A stretch of 64,000 bases of DNA, from assembly GCF_964355755.1 (NCBI RefSeq), contig NC_092679.1:19389432-19453431 (forward strand), given 5' to 3'. Positions 51,801 through 64,000 of the stretch are shown piece after piece. Each line of letters begins with the position of its first letter. Positions within the stretch are counted from its first letter, which is position 1. The notes below the pieces were generated by a model. The model had not been told where the DNA came from, did no database searches, and was given only the letters and a program-made list of their open reading frames with translations. This DNA is from Antedon mediterranea (lineage: Eukaryota > Animalia > Echinodermata). Both the position numbers and the translations under genes were made by a program.

Positions 51801-54712
51801 GCATATTAGTATAATATTACTGCTCATTATTTCAAAAATGCTTGTCACAAATTGATATATTGATATAATGTATTAATCCTATTACTTTTCGTTGCATCTC
51901 GAAGAAGACCTCTACGTAAGTAGAGCGATTTCTCTATTTAGAGGTCAATGTGGCATAGATTTGTTTATTGCGCGCCCATTCTCACCCGCCATCCGTTCCT
52001 ATTTTAGATCTACAGATAATCATTAATAATATGAGCAATGGTAATTGCATTGTTACTGTTTAGGTATGGCGGTTTGACTTTCATAATCTTTGTCAAATAG
52101 ATCAGTGCAAAACATGACAAGACACTTTAAATTTGTTCATTCCAATCGGTTTATCTAAATGAGGTTAGATTTGATTATTATATTATTATGCGCTTTTTAG
52201 TACGTTTTTCCACAACGCAGAAACAAAATAAAGTTTACTACAGGTCTTTCTCAGTCAAAATGTTTGTTTATAATGAAGGAATGCTGAGATTTGTTTCATT
52301 ATGTATCGGGCGAAACTCATCGATATTGCCTATGGTTTTGGAAATGTGTAAGGGAGTGAAAAGAATCGCAGCCTCGGATCTGACTACTCCTATATTTTTC
52401 ATTAATGGCTATAGATACATACCATTACTTTGGCTAGCATTGATATATTGGTGGCGTTACAGAACTGTATTAAATCTCGAGTTACCTGTATCTTAAATAG
52501 GACAGAAATATTTAATAGCACGCCCTCTGTTGGTCTCTGTCATTTGCTACGTATTTCGGTCAATTTATGAGCGCTTAATTTCTATTTTTGTATTGAAAGT
52601 TAGCAACTTATAATACTGAATACTGAATACTGAAATGCTTTATTTGTCCATCATCATCATAAAATAACAACAGAAAATCTTCTTGAAGATTGACAATTAT
52701 TAGTACAAAAATAAATAGATATGCAAAGTATGTACACACACATAATTGCACAACAAAAAAATGAAAATAAAAATAAGTTATGAAACACGGTGTAAAAATG
52801 ACTAGGTATTAAAATTGAATAGGATTCAGGAGATTAAAATAGTTTAAAACAGCTTTAAAAGGATTAAAAGCAGCTTTAAAAGGATTCAAACCATTAGAAG
52901 TACATTATGATGAATTAAACTGTACATGTATTGAGTTAATGAGCAAAATGGTGTCCTTAAATGCATTTTGAGTCGCTGTCTGCACTAGTAAATCATTTAC
53001 AGTTTACACGATACATTGTATATGTCTCTACTTATTATTTATTATTTTTTAGCCTACGGTTGTTCTAATAAACAGTATTTTACACAGAGTAAATTACTAT
53101 ACATTTCGGTAATCACAACACTTGTAAAAGTGTTTATGTTTTCATTAGGACTAAAGTATTAATAGGCACGTTCGTAGAAAATGACGTCTCAATTTTAAAG
53201 ATTAGTTAGTAATGAAAGTTCTACTACTATCGAATTACTTATATAGTTCTCATTAGGACGCATGCGCAAGGATGTATAGCCCGTGAAAGCAATCAAACAA
53301 TCACACGCGATAGTTGGGATAATACTGTAGGCCCATAATGTAGTTCCCCTGAAAAATAATTTTTAAATTTTTGTTGTTGAATATGCCATTTTAATGTTAC
53401 ATAATAGTTATCCACTTTGACCAAAAATTGGATGTAAACACAATTTATTATACCTGAAGAAACTGTAATTTAAAGCAAAAAAATTTTCAAATTGGCTGCC
53501 AGCCAATGGATTTTTGGTCGAATATAACTATTTATTATATTATTTTATAAATGAAAACATTATTTGTTTTTGTTTTTTTTCTATGGAAGTGATTAAGCTT
53601 ATTAAATTACAAAATCCCCTAATCAAAGTCTGATTTAATTAACCTTCATTTTTCATTAAAGGACAATACATCTTTAAGGAAGGTACGCGCAATTCATTCT
53701 TGAAACCATGTATGGCGTTAGAGAATTATGCGTTCGTTTGAGGTGCAAAGTTATGGATTGGTGTGTACTGCATGACGATTGGTGTGTACTGCATGATAAA
53801 TGTGAACTGAAGGCAGAGGAGGCGTTCCATACAAAGTGACTCACTTTTTGCCTTTTCCCTTGCTTGCTCATTCACTGATGTAGTTATACAGTAAATCAAC
53901 AGCTTAATAAATAACAACATCTTGTAAATCATATCGTATTAAGCGCGCTTAGCAAAAAAAAAATCATTTTTTGTTTTCTTTAAGTCATGCCTTTTTTTAG
54001 TCCATTCCATAAGATAAAAAGAACTGGTTTAATAATTAAAGCATCGGTGTTTCACTTAAGCACTTCTTAAATATCTTGACTTAAGTAAAATCAGGCTCCT
54101 AAAACCTTCCACATCCTTTCCCCTGGTCACATTTTGTCTACGTATTGCTTTAAATATTGATAAATACTAATCCTGAACTGTATTGTATTACTTTATCAAT
54201 CAGTGAAAAGCAATCTTCATCTAAAAAAAACACATGTTTCCAGACCCATGGGATGCTCGAGTATAAAATAAACTTTTTTTCTGATTAAAATTGCATAAAT
54301 ATTTTATTTTTAGAGCATATGAAGCCATAAATCTCCTCCCACACTGAGTTCAGATAATCGGGCTGTTGTATATTGAGCCACTAGGACGCAACTAAGGACG
54401 TAAGCGAAACGAATTGACCAATCACAAGTGGCAGTTTGAATAATCCATCGCTTTTGATTGGTCAATTCACCTGCGTTGCGGCTTACTTCCTTGCGGATAG
54501 CCAAGCTTTGGATGGAACGCAAGAACGTATTCCATGTAACGCGATAATTTAACCAATAACAAGCGATAGTTTGAATTATCCATCACTTGTGATCAAATCG
54601 CTTGGTTTGCGCGAACGTACACATCTTTGTGTTGCGTTCTAGTGGGAAACAAGATTAAAGTCGTTTATTTAGGAAAATGTAGAGTCATAAAAGAAAATAG
54701 AATATTGATAAT

Positions 54713-55010
54713 TATATAACACCTATATAAATTCCTGTCATTTGATTGGACGAATGTGGGTCACATGGCGTGCAATAGTACGCACTATTCAACGATCGTT
54801 AAATAGTACTTTTTGAAACATTTTTGTTTGTTATTTAGATGTTATATAAAACAAATAATGAATGTTTTGTATTCGTGTAATGGTACAAATAATGGCACTT
54901 GGTGAATGATGAAAGGTTATATCAACTCGGCTTTGCCTCGTTGATCCTTTCATCATTCACCTCGTGCCATTATTTGTACCATTGCACTCATAAACATTCA
55001 TTATTTGTAT
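54713..55010. mobile_element. Second, inverted copy of the hairpin element at 4236-4547
   Basis: Reverse complement matches 4236-4547 apart from short indels. Confidence 0.8.
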
Positions 55011-58000
55011 ACTATACTATTATAAAACATATTCTATATTAAGGGACCCAACAGAATTTCTATTCAATAGTGGTGTTCCTTAAGCTTGGTTCCCACAAGG
55101 ACGTAAACGCAATGCAGGCGTGTTAACCAAAGACAAGCGACAGTTCGAATAATCCATCGCTTGTGATTGGTCAACTCACTTACGTTGCGCCAACATCCTT
55201 GCGTTGCGTCCTAGTGGGAACCAATCTTTACTGGACGTTTGCCGTTTCCACTCGTTCGTTTCGCATGAAATGGTCTCTTTAAATGTCTCCTACATAATGG
55301 AGTATCCCAATGGAGATTACTGTATTTTATTAGACAGGGTTTATTAAACCACCAGTCGTCTAGTGGATGCGTTCACAGTGAAGGTAGTTTAAAGAGTTGT
55401 TCATCTTTCTAGGCCACACTGTAAGAGTATAATGATTCAATGAACCTTTTTAGTTCAAATAACAACTAGAACATCTCTATAACTCTTCCTACCATCGATC
55501 GATTCATACATCGATGACGAGTATCAGTTACATTGCATTTTGAATTTTATTATAAAGCCCCAAACAATTGCATTGAGAATAAATAACACGTACAATAAAC
55601 AAATTCGCTGAGACCTATATTAAACCGATTAACCGGTTGTTTCTTACCATCACTGATTTATCATCGTCAATATCAAATTCGTATAGATATTCACGTAAAG
55701 TTTTGAGTATCAATTAATTGAATATCTAGGAAATGAATTTATGGTCGTTACCTGGTGGATAAAATTCAGATACATCTAACATATGAAACGAAATTCTGAG
55801 ATTGTTTTACTTATGCTCACGTTTTGTACGCTATATATATATTATTATATACGAAACAAAATTCTGTGATTGTTTTATTTAGGCCTATGCACACGCTATA
55901 TATTAATTATTATACTCCCTGCATCCGAATCGAAATATTTGGCTGTGTAAGAAACGCACTTTCAGAAAACATAATATCAATAATTATCTGATTATTCTGA
56001 GATAATGGTTATTAATAATAGTCAACACATGTGGATACTAAAACTAATTAGTTATAATTTTGTTTCACGGGTAACGCAGCATTGGTCACATCACACGTAT
56101 CTACTTAAAACACGGAAAATAAAAATTAATTTTATAAAAACATTCAAACCAGACAGGTGGTAATTTATGTTCCAGACTGCATTTCGATTTCATATTTTGT
56201 AAAAAGATACATGTTTTGGCACACATGGCGTTCCATACGTATAATACGTCAGCCCATTGGAATACTGTACAGCACAAACTAAACTACAGACTTGGGGCAA
56301 GTCGATAAAGCAACATAGATGGCCTACAAACCAAGTTGTCATTAGATAAGATCTAACCGACTATTGCAAGTCAGTTAAATACAAGTCTAGGTGCATTATA
56401 TGAAATACATGTTATCTCTGTCAGTGTCAGTAGCTTCTATTTGCAGACAAGGTATGACGTTAACATGTGTATCAATTTATTTCTACGATACCCAATGCAC
56501 GACAACTAATGACATCTGACGAATCGGATGAATCAAGCGTGTGGAACGGATTTAAGCTGATCCGAATCGTATCAGAGTTACATCCGATAATGTTAACTCC
56601 GATAATAACTCCGATATGTTTTATCCGGTGTTTTCACTGTGGATGACATGTTCCCTTTTATTCTTTATAAACAGGACCATATGTAAAACAGGTGATAAAT
56701 CTATACCTGATATGTTTTTAACCTGTATAAATATGTTTTAAATAAAAAATAAATAATAATAATAATAATAATATTAATAGAAACACAGCGATTATAATGA
56801 AAACGTTTAGTGTGGTCAGGTAATTAATTGTGCAGTTTTTTTTGTTGTCATTATTGAAGTAATGGTCATGCCTGTGGCCATTCATGAATATTACACGGTA
56901 TCAGTGAATCCGTTTTGTACTAACAAACCCGTGTTGTAGCAACGAACATGTTACTCGTGATTATCTGCCAAAACAAGCCATTACTAAAGGCAATGAAAAC
57001 ACAATTATGACTCAAAGAGTAATGGATGAACCTGCTTCAGATATTAGAATATTAAAACTTAATTGTCACACTTCCAAGTAGCAAATTAATATATTTCTGT
57101 ATTTGAGTGATTGAATATGTATTACTCCCATACAAATATGTTATGGAACATTTACGCCGGCGTTACACTACCGTGATAAATCAATAACGAGTTTTTTTAG
57201 TTGTATTCAACGTTATTGTTATTTTTTGTCATGTCATTTTACTAGAGCATTATGATCTGTTACTCTCAAATCTTAAAGAGGTATTTATATTCGAATCATT
57301 GTATTTGGCCTACATATTGTTCATTTAATGCTTACACGCCTTGAGGTGGTTGTAATATATTTAATCGCATTTAAACCGTAATAATTCAAGTCGTGTCGTA
57401 GGCGGGGTCGAACACACTTTTTACAGCTCACTATGTTGGTCGGTCGTTCGGTAAACACTAACTTAAACACGCGAATGCAGCCATGTGTATGGCCTTGTTT
57501 GTACATGGAAATGATGGGAGCCATTTTTAGCGACAAAATTCTTGCAATTTCCAAGTCTCATCCTCACAACAACCATGGGCGTGGTCTATACAGCCTCTTG
57601 GATACGTCACTATCACTATAAAGTTTGGTTCCCACTAGGACGCAAAGGGCAAGGACTTAATAAACGCAACGTAATGTAATTTGACCACCAATCATGAAGC
57701 GATTGATGATGGTCAAATAACTGGCGTTGCGCTTACGCGCGCCCACGCGTTGCGTCTATAAAATAAAAACAAAGCGTTAGGCCATAGGTTTTTATTTATC
57801 GTAATACTAATATATGTTGTTATAACTTAAATCGAATAACATCGAATTTAAATTCTTGTAAATGGACTTTAAAAAATCCATATCCTTCATTCGTGTTATT
57901 TTACATTAAGTGGTATCGAGTTAGAAAAACGTTTATAATGTGTTAATGTTTAGTAACAAAACCCACTAAGACGCTCAAAGCTTTTGATAATCAAAAACAT

Positions 58001-58357
58001 TTATTTCATTTCAAGAACACAACTTTCAAAAATGAATAGAATAATTAAGAGTTTGTTGTTAGATAGTTGGAGGTTTGTTATTGTTGAATATCCATGCCGC
58101 AAATTGGCGACGGTACGTTTGTACAAGCGTTGTTTAGCAGTTCTTCAGGTATACGTGTCTACAATTAGCTTTAAATTTCAAGTTTGCAGAAATCAAAGTA
58201 AATCCACGTTATCTAGAATAAATAGATGGATTTTGTTCATGGTCTATTTTCCCGGCTATAGATAGTTGCCTGTGAGTTATGTGCACGCAGAGGTTGTCTT
58301 GGAAGCTGCAATAGTAACTGATCTGTCCATGGTGTCTGCTATTCGCCCGGCAACCGA

Positions 58358-58561
58358 TTATACGTAGTTGTCTGGGCGGTATGCGTACGCCGATTCTGAA
58401 GAACTTGGCGCTTTACATACGCATGTGACTGCGTTTATATACGTGTACGTTGGGTCTACGCCATTTGCACAATTGCTCAGTGTTTTTGTAGCCGTCGTGT
58501 ATGTATCATAGTAACACATAGGATGGAAGGCGGCCGTGTACGGAGGTTCCAACTCCGGAAT
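58358..58561 (-). CDS. Glycoprotein hormone beta-like gene C, last coding exon (Cys5-8 only); upstream exon not found in the window
   Basis: Acceptor ttttttctttcag; IPELEPPYTAAFHPMCYY...LSNCANGVDPTYTYINAVTCVC closely parallels GPB5 KPILEPPYIEAHHRVCTY...[22 protein letters not shown]; phase-0 start as in genes A and B. Confidence 0.88.
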   Translation of the reverse strand: MPELEPPYTAAFHPMCYYDTYTTATKTLSNCANGVDPTYTYINAVTCVCKAPSSSESAYAYRPDNYV

Positions 58562-60591
58562 CTGAAAGAAAAAAATAGTATTTTAATTTACGTCACAAAT
58601 ATATGAATGTAAAGTTGGCGCAATTAAATTTTTGAATAAACCAGAACTGAATTAATATGTGCGCGCAACCTCACAAGTTTCCTGTATATTAGGCCTAACG
58701 TGACCAGGTTTAAGATTAAAGGGATCAATGCAGTACCCATTTCCCCACCGTCCTTATCAACCTAATAATGGTGTATTTTTTGGAATTTTGACTTAATTTT
58801 AGTAAAAAGATAAATATTTTGGCACATATGGCGTTTCATACGTTATACTATTTGAGCTTGAATTTTCAGACATTTCGAAACGTCGACTGGTGGAATAACA
58901 TAAAAAGACAATAACTACAGACTTAGGGCAAGTCTACTGTTGATGGTACATGGTTGGGAATGGTGAGCTGGTAACCAATTTGATAGTGCAGATATTATAG
59001 GGCCTATAGTAGATGATGAATGTGGTACGGATAAATTGACACGTGTCATTTGTATATAAACTATGGTTGAAACGTACTGTTACGCCTACATGGAAAGTAG
59101 TTCCTTAATAGATGCTTAATTCACAATGGAGTAATAAAACGGAATTAAATGAAAAAAAAATGTCTTTGTAAACGTCATTATGAAAACAAACTCGGCTTTT
59201 AGGAGAAGATCGAAATTAACCACATCCGGAAATCAAATGGAAAATACGCGTTAGTTTAATTTCTTATGAAAAAAGAAGTAATTCAGGAAACCAAATTACC
59301 GATTGTATACTATCGATGATTTATTAAAGTACATCATTAATTTAATATTCACAAACAAATTTGATTAAATATAATAATTTTATTGTCTTATTCAAATTTT
59401 TCTTTTGAAGTATAAAAAGAAAATAAAGCTTTGTCTACACTATCAAACTTTATGCGACAAAAAAATGCGATGTGCTCATACAGGACTATGGTATGATGAT
59501 GTCATATCACTACCATATTTAGGTATATCACTACCATATTATTGAAATTGAAAAACAATACAAATCGTTGTCTACACTATAAAACATTATGTGACAAAAA
59601 TGTGATGTGCCCACATATATAGACATGATGATGTCTCGTTTCCATTTGGGTATATAGTAGGCCTACTTTTTTTTGTCCAACTAGCTTGTGATAGTGAAGA
59701 CAGAGCTTAAGGTTGTAATAAAAAGAAACTGCAAATGCTGTTTACTGTCACTAGACATAATACCGTACTAAAATCGGATGGGGATTGACGGTATATTAAT
59801 ATAGCATATACATATTTGGAACCGACGGATACGATTTCGGTAATAAATAACTGTTTATGTAGAGCATCTTGTCTATATGTGGGATTGCCACTTTTAAGAA
59901 GGATAGTGAATGAATTTGCTTATGGTTATCCTCGGCAATTTGCCTAAAATATATAAAAACAAAAACAAAAACAACTCAACATTCACCCGTTTCATACTCG
60001 TTCCCATTTTTTTACAATTGCAATTTTTTTAACAGTCTAAAACACTTTCCTAGAGTTGACAATGCTTTTAAGTTGATGATGAATCTTAGTATTTTTCTGG
60101 GTTATATTTCTGACCTTTCCGGAGTTTCTTTCAATTAAATATTTGTCAATACTAATGTTCTGTGCCAGTATTCGTTACACTACAGATGTGTATTTCAGAG
60201 AGGCCCGTAAAGAGCTGTTTGTACAATAACCATCATGTTTAATAATGATTTACTGACTTCTAGTATTGTTGTATTGATGTTTATGAGACTAGTTGGGTTA
60301 GTTTGTAATAAGCAGTAACCTATTTCACACATTTCTTGTGAAGCAGTAGGCCTAAAGATAAAATAAAGGGTTGTGCACACCATTATGCCTAAAATAGTAA
60401 GCTGGTAAATTTGCGAAATTTTATTTTATTTGTTTTTCGTGGGTGTCCCAAAACATCGGAAGCTGACAATTAGTGGTGCACTTACATATAGGCACAATAC
60501 GTATCACATATATACAAAGTGCAATACAAACAAAAGTGTCCCCCCGGTTAGGGGTGTCCCAAAGGAGGGAAACCCGCAATAGTACGCATTA

Positions 60592-60750
60592 AGCCGATTT
60601 TCCACTAGGCGAATTTGTTCGCGCGAATCGAAGGCGTCAGCTAATACGCATGCGTAGAGTATGATTTGGAAGATGTAAACATGAATACACATGCGTACAA
60701 GCTGGCGCTTTCGATTCGCGCGAACAAATTCGCCTAGTGGAAAATCGGCT
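60592..60750. mobile_element. Harbinger-type MITE with ~40-bp perfect TIRs
   Basis: TTA|AGCCGATTTTCCACTAGGCGAATTTGTTCGCGCGAATCGAA ... TTCGATTCGCGCGAACAAATTCGCCTAGTGGAAAATCGGCT|TTA. Confidence 0.85.
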
Positions 60751-60916
60751 TTAGGCGGATTTTCAAACATACAGTGTGTGCTTCCTACAATGACAGTGAC
60801 AAAAAAATGTATGTACCCATATATGGACATGATGATGTCATATCCCTACCATATTTAAGCATATCACTACCATATTTGGACACATCACACTTTTTTTGTC
60901 AAACTAGTTTGATAGG

Positions 60917-61135
60917 TAAAAGAAGCCAAATTGCGATGGGCAGGTCACATAGCAAGAAGAGAAGACAACAGAAAAGATTGACAGAATGGCAGACGAGAAT
61001 CGGTAAAAGAAGAGAAGGTAGACAAACACGCAGATGGAGGGGCGACATCATATCTTATACAGGTACAACTTGTAGGACAGCACAGAACAGAAAGAAATGT
61101 GGGAAAGGCTTGAGGAGGGCTACATACGACAGGGG
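60917..61135 (+). mobile_element. RTE-clade LINE 3' coding fragment, frameshifted
   Basis: KEAKLRWAGHIARREDNR, then after a frameshift KRLTEWQTRIGKRREGRQTRRWRGDI...RTAQNR: the RWAGH...GKR..GR...RW.DDI C-terminus of RTE reverse transcriptases. Confidence 0.8.
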
Positions 61136-61305
61136 CAGTGATGTTGCTAAACCCAGAGCTTATGGGGTCCCTAAGCAGTGCCCAGAGGAACAGGCAATAG
61201 AATATGCCGAAAAAAAAGCTAAGAAGCTCGAGTCCTCCAGCGTTGAAGGGCCACTTTGGGTCCAGGCTAAACCAGGGGGCCTCATGCCTCTGCGTTACGC
61301 CACTG
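61136..61305. mobile_element. hAT-type MITE, inverted relative of 8543-8736
   Basis: CAGTGATG... / ...GCCTCTGCGTTACGCCACTG; shares the internal CCTCCA.CG.TG.AGG segment. Confidence 0.7.
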
Positions 61306-62528
61306 GCACAGTGGATGATAGAGCCGAGGTAAGTGACGGCTTCTACTGTATCATGACTCGACGTTTCGATTTGACATTTTTACTGTGCTTTATTTTTGTC
61401 ATAGATCTTTTTATATAACTCGTTCATGGTTTTAAATTACCTTTCTAAGAGAACTATAAAAAGCACTAGTTTGTTTATTGAATAAACTATGCACCACTGT
61501 ATTAGAAACAAAACTCAATTCTCGTTCTATATACATAGTATTAATAGATAGTGACTATTTTTTATGATAACAGATTTACTCTATTTTGATTTGTGCAATT
61601 GCGAAGTTTTCGCTTTGTTTGTATCATTGTTATTGATAATTAAATAGAAACTATTAAAAAAAATGTGTTACTAGTAAAATGGATGAATAATTCGAATCGA
61701 GATTTTATTGTCACTGTCCAGTGGTCGTAACACGTTGCCATATAAGTGTGACGTTCACGACAAATGAGACCTTTTTCATAAAACGCTAATTAAATAAGAT
61801 AAACAAAATAACAATAATTCTAGACGTTTGTGGTTGTAGCAATATATACAAGAAAAACAATTATCAATCAAATTTGTTAGAGATGTCAATATTATGTATT
61901 CTACTTCGGAGAACTGTTTTTACGTTCATAGCACGTTTTTTGTTTTAGCTCACACTTCACACGTAAATCACGCATTAAATCGCGTAAAGCTTGGTTCCCA
62001 CTAGGACGCTTCGCAAGGACTAGTGGGAACCAATCGTAATTGTGTTTGCCCAGGATGTTTATATTATCATATGTTTGAGAGGATTACACTGGATCAATGT
62101 AAATTAAAGACACACTGTTTTATTGATCACGTGTACACTTAATGATCCATCATTTTGTGTCTTGACGTTTACTGTCATTTCCGCCAATACTTTAAGTCCC
62201 ATTATTAACACCATTACGAGACTCGCAAACCCACACCTATAATAAGCTCAGGGTGTTATTAACTGATTCCTCAACTCCAGCACTGACGTTGATTTACATT
62301 TAAATGTTGCTTGAGTCATTTAATTACAGTCCCAGCTACTTATGGTATTTCTGCGATAATTGGTATACGTGTGTTGCAAACATATCGTTTCAGGCGACCG
62401 TATATCAATCAATATCAATGCAAATTATGTTTGTATTCTATCATGCTGTCTCAATGATTCAAATTAACTGTCATTGAAAATAATAAATATTGGAATTTGA
62501 TTTTAATTTACGTGTGTTATTGGTATTA

Positions 62529-62795
62529 AGCTTGGTTCCCACTAGAACGTAACGCAAGGACGTAAACGCAACGCAAGCGTTTTAACCAATGACAAGCGAA
62601 GTTATAGACAGTTAAGCTTGGTTCCCACTAGAACGTAATGCAAGGACGTAAACGCAATGCAAGCGTTTTAACCAATGACAAGCGAAGTTATAGACAGTTA
62701 GCAATCACAAGCGAATAAGCCATCGCTTGTGATTGGTCAATTCACTTGCGTTGCGTTACGTCCTTCTTACGTCCGTCGCTAGTGGGAACCACGCT
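62529..62795. mobile_element. Same MITE family, reversed, with its first ~86 bp tandemly duplicated
   Basis: AGCTTGGTTCCCACTAGAACGTAA at both 62529 and 62615; TTA flanks. Confidence 0.85.
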
Positions 62796-63545
62796 TTAAA
62801 TATAGTCGTATAGAAAATAACACTGTTTCAGGTGATTGCACACAAGCCATTACCGTCAATACTATTTTATATTCAATTAAATTTAAAAATCGAATGTACA
62901 ATATACAGTATTGTTCGATAAATCTTTTACGCGTGGCGTGCGAGTGAATTTCGAGGGCTAAAATTATGTGCTTTTCCCCTCACATACTATATATCATAGC
63001 AAAGACTTGTCAAACGGACGTAAGATAACTATTACTGAATAGTCAGTTATTTTATTTTAGTTTAAAACATGTATCTTAAAGGTAATTAAGAAGAATAACA
63101 TTTCTTTTATTTTATAAGATGAAATTCTTTTAATAGTAAAACTACTTCTCAATAATCTGAAAGCATGTTATTAAACAATAAAGCCGTAGATGACATTCAC
63201 TATAACGTGAGATTTTTTTTTAAGTAACCAAAAAGCTAAACAAAAAACATAAAAGTAAAAATATGGCGCCAGAGGCAAAATATAAAGCTCCCGTTACAAA
63301 TATTTCTTCCATAATCTTTGATGAAAATCATAAAAATTAGGATCATGAAAGAAAGACGAAAATCGACGAGAGAAATTTCGACCGACTTTTATTTAATTTA
63401 TTTCGTAATAAAAAAATACATAACAAAATAAAAAACTAAACAAAACAATGTTCAAAATCCAAAAGACTGGTTAAACAAAAAGCGAAGTGAATCACTGTCA
63501 AGTGGCTCACCAAAATGGAAAATGAAAAAAGAATAACATTCTTAA

Positions 63546-63774
63546 AAATGTATTGTCCCCCTGAAAAAATAATTCTTTAAAAAAAAAAATCATTTTTTTT
63601 AACAGGCCATTCTAATGTCACCTAATAGTTATTCACTTTGACCAAAAATTGGATCGAAAAAAACCAATTTTTTTAACTTTAACTTTATTCAACCTACAAA
63701 TAACCTATTATTATTAACTACAAAGTCCTATTAATTAATCTTCATTTTTCATGTTTTTGTGGAACAATACATCT
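63546..63774. mobile_element. Kolobok-type MITE, further copy
   Basis: TTAA|AAATGTATTGTCCCCCTG ... GGAACAATACATCT|TTAA. Confidence 0.7.
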
Positions 63775-64000
63775 TTAATATGAAACTGAGCAAGCTAATT
63801 TAGGCCTACTGTATCTTAAACCCCTTTTTTATTTTTAAATTTAAACAGAAAAGCTATGCAATTCAATTAATTTCATGGATATTAACTTTTACGTTAATTA
63901 TTGTATTTTGCTGGGTTATTTGACATGTTGTAAAATAGATCGACCAATAAGATTACAATTTATACAAGATAGATACATTATTTCAGGTAAAGTAGATCTA

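Noticed and set aside
60195-60383. Possible upstream exon of gene C (acceptor-like tatctttag, CEIGYC)
   Set aside because: No CxGxC spacing, only two nearby Cys, and no signal peptide.
60774-61418. 214-aa ORF as a host gene
   Set aside because: Decomposes into MITE, RTE and hAT-MITE pieces and starts at GTG.

Overview
AT-rich (roughly one-third GC by eye), intron-containing animal genomic DNA. The repeat landscape suggests a marine invertebrate, possibly an echinoderm (inference only). Left part: the first seven coding exons of a nidogen gene on the minus strand (signal peptide, NIDO domain, acidic linker, EGF, start of the G2 beta-barrel), continuing off the left edge. Divergent from it is an intronless 178-aa ORF with a C-terminal hydrophobic anchor. 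Centre and right: three glycoprotein-hormone beta-type (GPB5/thyrostimulin-beta-like) cystine-knot genes, arranged + / - / -. Gene A (26200-27408) is a canonical 10-Cys subunit. Gene B (44770-38534) has 8 Cys. Gene C is seen only as its last exon (58561-58358). B and C both lack Cys9 and Cys10, with the same substitutions (Pro and Tyr) and a shared YxYR tail. No GPA2/alpha subunit is visible. The remaining DNA carries many non-autonomous transposons (Harbinger-, hAT-, Kolobok-, Tc1/pogo- and Helentron-type), a 3.1-kb foldback element, LINE/SINE fragments, a 31-bp minisatellite and a ~180-bp tandem array with CTCF-like motifs. All assignments come from reading the sequence; no database search was run.
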